The position numbers and the translations under genes are program-made. From Neoechinorhynchus agilis (lineage: Eukaryota > Animalia > Acanthocephala), in assembly GCA_051530055.1 (NCBI GenBank), contig CM121342.1, positions 11,485,480-11,549,479 of the forward strand: a DNA stretch of 64,000 bases, read 5' to 3'. Below, piece by piece: positions 49,810-60,339 of the stretch. The notes under the pieces were generated by a model that was given only the letters and a program-made list of their open reading frames with translations, did no database searches and had not been told where the DNA came from. How positions within the stretch are numbered: position 1 is the first letter of the stretch; each line of letters starts with the position of its first letter.

Positions 49810-50005
49810 GATCCGGAGGAATGTACAAACTCTTAACCGGCATTAGAGACTATGTGGTTATATCACTTCTCTGATGTAATTGGTTTGGCTATATGCCTAA
49901 ATAAATAAGCCGGACAAGAATATTCTGTAAAAAGCGGAAAGAGCAGTAAACTAATTCGCAAGCCCAACTTTCGTCACAATTTAATTTTTATTCGGAGTTC
50001 AAGCG

Positions 50006-51232
50006 ATGACTGGGAAATTCCGACAATTCGCGATTACTTCCATTAAACTTGTCGACCGAGCAGTTGAAGCAATGGATCGCGAATGGAAGGTGGGCCAATA
50101 TAAGCATTCGTCTATTTACCTGGACATTGATTATGACACAAAATGTTGGCCAAAACACTGCTCAAGACTAGGATATCACATGGACTGGCATGAACTGTAA
50201 TAATATTTTCAAAACAATGTCATCAATAAACAAGTGAGTATAAAAGCAGCTGAGATCAATGTTTGAAAACCGCGTGAATTTAAGGATCAACTTGCAAGCT
50301 CTTTGAATCGAGACTACAATTTCAGACTCATCTCCCTTTATTCATGGTTCAAATTACGATCGAGAATATCAAGCGAGCGGGAGTTCTCTACCACTATAAC
50401 AAAGTTTATATCCTGGGAGACTTAATTGGTGAGGACAGTTTCGGGCATGTCCTAAAATGCAAACAAAAGGGATCAAACCGCAACCTTGCAGTTAAGAAAT
50501 TAAAGAACGCCATTGGGGAATTCGACATGGATGATTACAAAGTCAAGATGTTTAAGGCAATGAAAGAGGCCAATGGAGAACGAGCTAATATCGCAGTGCC
50601 CCTCGAAATTGCATGACTCTTGAACAATACGAAATGGTAAACACATTTGGACCAATCCCAATCAATCGGTTGTTCTCCTTGGAATACCAAATGTTGCAAG
50701 CATTAGAGAAGCTAAGAGATCTTAACATTGTTCATGGAGATCTCAAACCAGGAAACATTTTGATGGTCAATTGTCTAGGTAAACATGGACAATTCAAACT
50801 CATGGATTTGGGTCTTGCCGTACAACTACGAAACCAATTCTCTTTATGGATACCTACAAACTTCGTACTATCGAGCTCCGGAAATGATCGTGGGTTTACC
50901 CATCGCAAAATCAATCGTCATGTGGGGCGTTGGTTACACTATCGGGGAAATCGCGGTTGGCAGGCCAATGTTTCCAGGGAGTAATGATTATGAAACGCTG
51001 GTTAGAATAACGATAACAAGAGGTGTTACCCGAATGCGGTCCTTGATAATGGAGTACGGACATTGCTATACCATAATAGGACAATCAACGGAGATGGATG
51101 GGTGCTGAAATCTCCATTGGAAAGAGGCATCTTTCCGTCGAACAACATTGCCTTGCATCCACCGATGGTGTCTTTGGCTCAAGAAGATCGGCAAAACACC
51201 AACAAGTTTTGGGCAATGCTGGGTCACCTGCT
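50006..51232 (+). pseudogene. HIPK-like kinase, most complete copy, frameshifted
   Basis: IGEDSFG, LAVKKLK, VHGDLKPGNILM, KLMDLGLA, YLQTSYYRAPEMIVGLP, MWGVG..IGEIAVGRPMFPG closely parallel HIPK subdomains I-X. Confidence 0.85.
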
Positions 51233-53110
51233 ATTGCCTCGTTGTACTGCCAGCGAGATATTTTGTCCAAGGAATACACCTGCTCTTGAGTCTCCGGTTG
51301 CCTTTGATTATTTCTTCGAGACACCCTGGAGCAGAGAGAGTGCCGAGCTGCCGAGCGCTCCATACGTCTCTACCCCAAAGGGGACGAAATAGTGAGCCCT
51401 CGATAACTGAATATATTTGCGTATTTTCCTCCCTTCACCACCGGCGATTTCGAGGGAGTAGCGGATGTTGCTGGCTGCGAAGGTGCGCACACACGTGGCG
51501 TCCCAGAGAAGGCATTTGCCCTCCCGCCACGGAAAGACCGAAATTACGTCAGGTCTACGACCGTCAAGTCGACAAAGATGGGCGGGTTCCAAGATGTTGG
51601 GGAAGTTCGCCGTTCTCAGCGCCCGAGAAATTTCGGTTTTGATCTAAGAATGGCGTGAAAACCTTCCTATTGACTTTCGGCAAACGAGACCGTGTCACCC
51701 GAAAGCATCAACCAAAGACCCACATCGACAGCGATGGAGCGTGCATATCGGGAGACCAAGTCTTAAGGATATTGCGATCCTCGTTACCTCATCAGTTAGA
51801 AGAGTTCCCACAGATGCCAGAGGAACAGACTCCAACCACGCCCCAGGTTCTCGTGTTGAAACTGCAACAGTCTAGCTTGGACGACCCCATCGCAAGAACC
51901 TGAAAGTAGAGAGCTGTGAGCTCTCGCGACAAGAGGTCCGTCCCAGATCGACTGTCTGAGGCCATTCACGGGAAGATGGTTAGCGCCTGTCTGCTGGCAT
52001 CATTCCTCAACCGCCACCACGAAATCCCGGTCAAGACAGAACTTTTCCTTCAAAATTTTCTTCGATACTGGTAGGCTCCCCTCAAACGATCCAAGAAAGA
52101 CCGGCAAAGCAAGGTCCATTAGTGCCCGAATCCCCAATCCCCCAGATGACACAGGCAAAGAAGCTTTCACCACGCCTCATCTGAGAGCTGGACATTTAAA
52201 ATACGCTCGAGACAAGCCCTCAACCTTGCCGTCGAGCATAGCCAATCCTTCCTTATGTTTGAAAAATGTTGCTGTGCGAACCTTGTACAATAATTTGGGG
52301 ACGAAGAGCGCGTTCTTTATGAGAAACAAGGCTTCATGAGCCGAGAGAGTGCTCACCCTATCGCACAGCAACGAAAGTTTCGGTATGATATGGCGGATCT
52401 CATCTTCCACATTTGAATCGAAGACGCAACTGCTCAGCAGGCTGAGTTGCTCCCGAGTCACGAGTTTCAGACCTGGAGCTACGGCCTCGAACCCAGCCAT
52501 TATTTCTTTGACTTTGGCGGCGTCTCCAATATTCAATACAAGGAGCTCACATTTTCCAGCATTGAGCTCAATGCCCATCTTCGAGGTCTCCTTAATCAGC
52601 GTCTCCAAATCGCGCAGTACAACGGAGGGATCACCTCCGAGCGTAGCGTCATCCAAGTACCAAGCGTTGAAGCTGGAATGGAGAGAATGCGCTATTGGAT
52701 TTACTGTTAGTGAGAATGCGATTGGACCGAGGGGATCTCCTTGCTACACTCCTCTTTCGGACCAAATGAGGTGGTCTTCGAAAAGCAAAGGAGTCGCCGT
52801 CCCGTAGGCATTGAGAAAACACTGGAAGGCTTCTGGAGCATGATCCCTAATTGCGCGGAACATGGTTTCTCTATTGAGAGAGTTAAAGGCGTTCCGAAAA
52901 TCACACTTAAGAATCACGCACGGCTCTGAGCTTCTCGTAGCAAAGTTTCGGAGCGAGTGGACAATAGCTTCCGCCCCGCAGGATGTGCAGCAGCCCTTTT
53001 CTCTGTAATACGTTTGCAGAGAATTTTTCCTGCGAGCCGGCGTATCGTCGAAGAAACGGCGATGGGACGGATCCCACCTTCTTGAAGGTACAGGGCTGGG
53101 AGGTGAATCT
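51233..53110 (-). mobile_element. CRE subfamily B, degenerate, replacing the end of the kinase copy
   Basis: GGIRPIAVSSTIRRL, CDFRNAFNS, QGDPLGP, WYLDD, RPDVISVFPWREGKCLLWDATC. The kinase flank resumes at ~53215 (matches 1920-2170). Confidence 0.9.
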
Positions 53111-54454
53111 GATCCGTCGCTATATCCATCGTCTGATTTCCTCATATTCGTTCTGTCAATTTCCATTGTTTCGCAGGATTTCGTGCCTTTCCTTTGACGC
53201 TTCTGCTTGTAAGTTTTTAAAGACAATCTATTACCCAATTCCCGAACAATCAAAGTGAAAATTATTTAAATGATGTTTGTATTTCGCAAAAAAATTGAAG
53301 AAATTTATTTTCTTACACGGACTTTGATTAATTTGCTGAATTCTCAAAACTACAGCTGCATTCAAAAAAATTCGAGGATGTCATAAAAATTTGAGAAATA
53401 ATCAAAATTGTAAATTTTAAGAATACTTCGTTGCTGCGAATTTTCCATTCTATACAACACATATCTTTTATTTCTAAGAACAAAACCTAACAAGGCGGAA
53501 AAATTGAAGAAACTTATTTGTTCCGATATTTCAGAAGTTTTTCGATGAGGAAAAGCTTACTTGTAATTTCCAAAAGAAAAACCCATGACAAAGGCACAAT
53601 ATTGTGCAGAAATATTGGACCTTACAAATTGCTTCAAATTTTCTGCCATATCAACACAATGGAAATATTTCCCAATAGTCGGTTTTGTGGCTTTGCTTCC
53701 AGAAGGCACAAAAGTCACCCGAAAATTCGTTTTATTTCCTTCATGAAAATACTTGAAATTTAGAAGAGCGATTTAGAATTTATTGCCATATGGCGAAAAG
53801 TGAAAAATTCAATGCCTATTGAAATTTAACAAAAATTCTCCTGCGTCGAATTTGAATCAAACATTCATATAAGAAGCCTTACAGAGATTTTTTTATATGA
53901 ACAAAAATAATTTTATTCAATGTTTCGTCATCTACGTGGAATTTCTTCAGAATTGTTTGCACAAATACTAAAACAATTCTGAAGAAGTTTCTCGTAGGAG
54001 CCCAATCTTGGTCCGAACCAAACGTTACAGATTCACTTTTTGGTTTACAAGGCGGCGGGAAACTACTTAGGGATTTTTAGACCATTTGTCAATTGTAGAT
54101 TATCAATTACTTCGTGTATTTATCCTGATAAATTCAGCTAGACATTAAGTATTTCTAGAAACATACAAGGGTGCTTTGCACAGATCTCCCATTCTCCACC
54201 TTTCGACGCCATCATAATATCTATCTTCGAGATATTGAGGAAAATCATTCGCCGGAGTAATCTTCATTTTCTTTGGTAAGGGGATGTCTGCTGATCAACA
54301 AAAAGAGTTTACCTGTTATTTTAAAATAAAATGAAACAAATTGACACTCCTTTTCCCGGAATAAAAGATTAGTTAATTTCCTTTTTATTGCGAATAACGT
54401 TAAACAAAACAATATTTTACAAATAGCAGAGTAACACTTTGTTACTTTTACATA

Positions 54455-54720
54455 GCTGCTGTCTTCTACCAATATATTCTCAGCCTTAATATCCTTATGA
54501 GCAACGTTAATCCGATGTAAGTAATCGAAATCGAGGACAATCTGAGCTAAGATCAATCTACTTTCATCTTAACTAAATCGTCGTTTTGTACGCAAATGTT
54601 CATACAAATCATCGTTCGGTGATGGTTTTATCACAATGTTAAAATTTCCATTATCCTTATACGATCCACAGAAGTCCAAAATATTTTAATCAAATATGCT
54701 ATTAAGTATAGCTTTTTTGT
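54455..54720 (-). pseudogene. PKA-like kinase fragment, copy 2
   Basis: Reverse complement of 27100-27395 (LAQIVLDFDYLHRINVAHKDIKAENILVED). The homology extends over ~54230-54790. Confidence 0.75.
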
Positions 54721-55670
54721 AGATTGGTCGCTCTGTTAGCTCAGATTGGATAGGATATCTCGTTTAATTATATTTTTCGGCACAGTGATCGTGATTTCTG
54801 GAACAAGCTGCGACTAAACAAAAATTACCTTGGACGATTTTTAAATTTGGAGATGGCGGAGGATTTACGTATTTATGACCAAAAAATTCATGCTAGCGTT
54901 AGTGTAAAAACTATCGAAGCATTCAAATAGCCAATAATACCGAATTTCGTTTGGTATCATAGGCATACGATGCTCTCTGTGAGCAGTTGCGAACGAGCGG
55001 TTAGAAAGTCAACTTTAGTTAATTCGTAACAACTTTACGCTAAGTTATCATAATGAAGTTTTTTATTTATTTTCAATAAAAAGAGTTGTTTGATGATTGA
55101 ATTGTTCATGTTGTCTATCCACAATGTGGGATTCTTTGAAAATTGTAAACATAATCGATTTCGGTGCTATCTACGCACTTAAATCTCGATTTTTTATAGT
55201 TTTTAATTTTTTAAAATCGCATTTGAAGTACCGATTTATCAACATTTTTTGTTGTAAGTTGAAATAATTTTTCTGGATGCCGAATAAAATCAACTTTACG
55301 AAATAAGGAATAAAAATTTAAGTATTATTTTACCAATTTTGTCCATGCACAATTAATTGAATTTCTTAAGAAACTTCTAGTCATAAAGTGCTTTTAAATA
55401 CAAACTAAATAAAAAGCATGATTCCTTCAGGTTTAACGCCTATTGGCAGTGAACATGTCGATAGTGTGTCGGTACGAACAGTATCCGGGGTTTGCTCTTA
55501 TCGACGATATCTCCGATGCTTTACTGTTGAACGATTGTGACATTTTGGGAACTGGTAGTAATTATAATAATCATTAAAATAACATGATGTTCGTACATCT
55601 AAAATGATATATTTCGCTTTCAGGACTTTTAATACCATTAGAATATTTGATTCGCTGTCGTATTTGTGAG

Positions 55671-58600
55671 CAGAGCAACCCTACGGATACATTGTAAGCG
55701 ACCGAGAAAACTGTGTGTAATTCTATTAGCGATGAAGATGAGTCTTGTATAAGTCTCGATTTCAATGATCAGCCTAAATTTAAATATTTATTTTCATCTA
55801 CTGTTATTTTCATGTTTTTAGAAACCGAACTGCCTCCCAAAAGCAATGAAAAACAAACTTTAAGAATATATAGGAACAAACGCAATTTTGTGCAGCTAAT
55901 ACGTTTTCAAATTAAATGAATAGAACCCACGTATTGGGAAATGGTTTTTGTCGATATCTAAAACGCTAATAGAGATAATTCCTTATGATTTACAAATCTT
56001 AACACGTTTAGAATGCACTTTATTTTGTCGCAATCTTTTACGGATTAAAATTTCATATTGCATAAAGTCACGTTACAAATTTCAGTTAAAGACATTAGCA
56101 AAAATTGTATATTGTAATGTTTTTATTGTTTCGAGCCGAATGACCGTGCAAATGCGGAATCACAAATATGACAAGGCATAAGTATCAGAAAATCTTTCAA
56201 AAACGTAATTGTAAAGTTTCCCATCTCTTTGCATTACAGCTTTTCGGTGTTTATTTACACCTTTGTAAGAACATTTCTTATAAATAATATAAAATGATAC
56301 TACTTTTTAGGCTATAAACAATTGGTTAACTTATCCTCGTGAATTTATCCATCAGAGCGTTCGTTTGAGCTTCGTAACAAGGTGGGCAAGATAATTAAAT
56401 TGACTAAAATTTTATTTTGACTCTAAAAACATTTTTTTAAGTGAGGTTGAGAAATTGAGGTAAAAATGCCATAAACTGATACGATAAACGGATCTTAGCA
56501 AATAAAATGCGAATGTAGATTAAATGATGGTACTGATTTTACCTCTATAAAAATCGGCCAAGCGGAATTTCGGAGATAAATAATAATTTCTTACAGTCAA
56601 TCCTTCAATAAGGTGGAAAATAAATGTTATTACTATCGAAGGTTTGGAAGTTATTTGAACGCTTTTAAATTTGCATAATTTTGAAAAGTTAGGCTACGTG
56701 CTCGCTGATTTTGAATAATCTTATGTTCCAAGCACACAAGGAAAAATATGGGCGCTTTTATCAATATCCAATCCCTTCATCGGCGTGAGTGATCTTCATC
56801 CTTAATAAACCATCAGTGAGATGATATCAATCAACTTGGAATGCGGAATCGTCGTCTTTTTTGCCGCCTCTTATTGGAGTATTCGTCTAGGTATTCTTCT
56901 ATGTGTTTCCAAGTGGGAGGGGAATCCATTTTAAATTATAGTACAGTGGATTCCGCTTAATTGGGACACCACTTAATCGCGAGAGCCGCTTATTTGGAAC
57001 AAATCTCAAAGAACGGAAACCAAACCAAGAAACCAATAGTAAATTTGTATATTTAATTGGGACAACATTCCGCTTAATTGGGACAGTAAATTTAAGATTT
57101 TAGTACAGTAGAGTATCTATTAACTGATTTTGTTTTTACTGAGTTTTGGTTTAACCGAGCCGCTGCAGCGGAAAAACAAACACAACCCCCTCCTAAATCC
57201 CGGGAAAGGCAGAAAGACGGCTTCTTTCTGAACCCGACTCCCGCGTTTTATAAAGCCGTGGCGGCCTCATATCCACATTTGCAATCTTTTACATCCGAGC
57301 CGGTGCAGCGGACATTCGATTACCAATCACCTCCCGCGTGAACAACGCGTGAAGCTATTTTTTGTCAATTGTATTTTTAAAAAAATGTACTATTTCTAAA
57401 GTGCCAAGGAACGATTTGTCACTTACCAATACAATTGCCTTGCTTGATAAAATAAAAAGCCAGCCGCTTAATACAAGTTATCGTCGGCTCGCTGAGATAA
57501 CTGGTGTACCAAAATCTACTATATCGCGTGTCTTACGACAAGAAAGTCAACTGCGTAAGGAATTCGAATTACAAGAAGGACAGGCAGGGACATCCAAAAG
57601 AAAACGTGAGGGGAAGGATCCAGACGTTGAAGAAGCACTGGATCAATGGTTTTCTATTGTTAGTGGCAGAGGCGTAAATATGAACGGTCCAATATTGAAG
57701 GCGAAGTCAGAGGAGTTCGCTAAAAAACTGGGCCGCAACGATTTCAAAGCAACTGATGGTTGGTTATCGCGATGGAAAGCAAGGCACGATATTAAATTTA
57801 AAAAAGCGCACGGTGAAAAGACCAGTGCCGACAAAGAAAGTTCGGAACAGTGGAAGATTACAAAAATTCCTACCTTTTTAGAGAATTTTTGTGCTGATGA
57901 CATTTACAATGCCCAGAGCAACCCTACGGATACATTGTAAGCGACCGAGAAAACTGTGCGTAATTCTATTAGCGATGAAGATGAGTCTTGTATAAGTCTC
58001 GATTTCAATGATCAGCCTAAATTTAAATATTTATTTTCATCTACTGTTATTTTCATGTTTTTAGAAACCGAACTGCCTCCCAAAAGCAATGAAAAACAAA
58101 CTTTAAGAATATATAGGAACAAACGCAATTTTGTGCAGCTAATACGTTTTCAAATTAAATGAATAGAACCTACGTATTGGGAAATGCTATTGTCGATATC
58201 TCAAACGCTAACAGAGATAATTCCTTATGATTTACAAATCTTAACACGTTTAGAATACACTTTATTTTGTCGCAATCTTTTACGGATTAAAATTTCATAT
58301 TGCATAAAGTCACGTTACAAATTTCAGTTAAAGACATGAGCAAAAATTGTATATTGTAATGTTTTTATTGTTTCGAGCCGAATGACCGTGCAAATACGGA
58401 ATCACAAATATGACAAGGCATAAGTATCAGAAAATCTTTCAAAAACGTAATTGTAAAGTTTCCCATCTCTTTGCATTACAGCTTTTCGGTGTTTATTTAC
58501 ACCTTTGTAAGAACATTTCTTATAAATAATATAAAATGATACTACTTTTTAGGCTATAAACAATTGGTTAACTTATCCTCATGAATTTATCCATCAGAGC

Positions 58601-59145
58601 GTTCGTTTGAGTTTCGTAACAAGGTGGGCAAGATAATTAAATTGACTAAAATTTTAAATTTTGACTCTAAAAACATTTTTTAAGTGAGGTTGAGAAATTG
58701 AGGTAAAAATGCCATAAACTGATACGACAAACGGATCTTAGCAAATAAAATGCGAATGTAGATTAAATGATGGTACGGATTTTACCTCTATAAAAACCGG
58801 GCACGAGGAATTTCGGAGATAAATAATAATTTCTTACAGTCAATCCGTCAATAAGGTTAAAAATAAATGTTATTACTATCCAAGGTTTGGAAGTTATTAG
58901 AACGCTTTCAAATTTGCATAATTTTGAAAAGTTAGGCTAAGTGCCCGCTGATTTTGAATAATCTTATGTTCCAAGCACACAAGGAAAAATATGGGCGCTT
59001 TTATCAATATCCAATCCCTTCATCGGCGTAAGTGATCTTCATCTTTAATAAACCATCAGTGAGATGATATCAATCAACTTGGAATGCGGAGTCGTCGTCT
59101 TTTTTGTTGCCTCTTATTGGATGATTCGTCTAGGTATTCTTCTAT
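55671..59145. repeat. 1232-bp direct duplication of module M (55671-56902 and 57914-59145)
   Basis: Both units begin CAGAGCAACCCTACGG and end GTATTCTTCTAT, and are highly similar throughout. Confidence 0.9.
56944..57913 (+). mobile_element. pogo/Tigger DNA transposon left half (TIR + CENP-B-type HTH transposase, truncated before the DDE domain)
   Basis: Begins TA|CAGTGGATTCCGCTTAATTGGGAC, and the TTAATTGGGAC motif recurs subterminally. ORF 57362 has VEEALDQWF...GPILKAKS...FKATDGWLSRWKARH...DIYNA and is cut where DETG is expected. Confidence 0.85.
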
Positions 59146-60339
59146 TAGTCCGGATCTAAAATTTTGTAGTCGCCGCTGATTCTGGGTAACCGTTGATGAC
59201 TTTTATTAGTGTCCATTTTGCCCAGTAATTTTCAGGGTTCCTAAAAGACCTGCCCAATGGTAAAACCGAAATATGATTATGGTCAATTCCTAGTTTTTTG
59301 GATTTTTTAATCCGACGAATGGCTTCGAATGAACAATACTTGTAACATTGAACGAAAGATCCGTTCGTTTTAGGTTACTATAATTTTGGAAATTTCGCTG
59401 AAGAATTTAATGTGTGCCGCTTGCATTGTTATTACTCGTCTTTGTTGGCTGCCTCGAATTCCAGGATTCGTCGGGACAAGAGCAATCAAATTCGGATTTG
59501 GAACCTCTGTTCCTGATGTTTCGACGATGCGCCCACAGGGATCGGTTACTTTATTTTGCTTTCTATTACAAACGAGCAGGAGATGAAGACCTTGAGCTCC
59601 TGTGGCTGCCACTAAGATCTGGTCGCTTTTTACTGAGATCCTATTGGTTTACCTTAGAAATCAACACAGTCCATGGCAAAACGAGAGTTTGAAAAGATGG
59701 TTAAGATTGGCGTTTACAGCAGTCACCGCAGTCCCAGTCTTCGTCGATTCTGGACCACTGTTGAGGGCTTTTAATAAAGCCAATTTTTTCCGGTAATCTC
59801 CAGGGTTCGTAGCAGACCACACGGAAAAGCGGGGTTCGATTACTAGAATTTGAAACGTGGTTAAGGCTGACGATTACAGCAGTCATTTGGAGTCCCGGTC
59901 ATTCTTCCGGTTGGTTCCAGACTGCCGTTTTATCCACGGTGGATAAAGTTTAAAAATGAATATTTGATACGGTTACGTTTCTCCTTTGCGACGGATTCAA
60001 AAAAAGAGTTTCTATCGATTTAACCAAATTTTCAAATCCTTGACAAAATCAATCGATATCATAATCTTTTTTTGGACCATGAACTCCGAACTTCGCACCA
60101 TTGGTCGTCTTGTTCTGCCTTCATGAATCCACAATCGGCTCTTTCGCTTCCCTCGTGACTTAAGAGCACAAAGTCATCCGACATCTCGCACGTAGTCCCT
60201 TTATAGAACTTTCCTGCTACTTGTGCTACTGCAGCCATGCAATGTATTCGTCATTCTTGTAGCTTCGAATACTTCTTGTCTATTTTTTGGTCCTAATCTC
60301 TTACTTTCCCTCGTGCATTTTCGTCTCCAGCGCATTCAG

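Larger units (their letters stand above)
49657..49920 (+). mobile_element. tRNA-derived SINE-like element carrying a hammerhead ribozyme
   Basis: tRNA-like head with A and B boxes and a T-arm but no paired acceptor stem, then the hammerhead core, then a tail seen in two other copies. No TTTT on the + strand until 49985. Confidence 0.8.
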
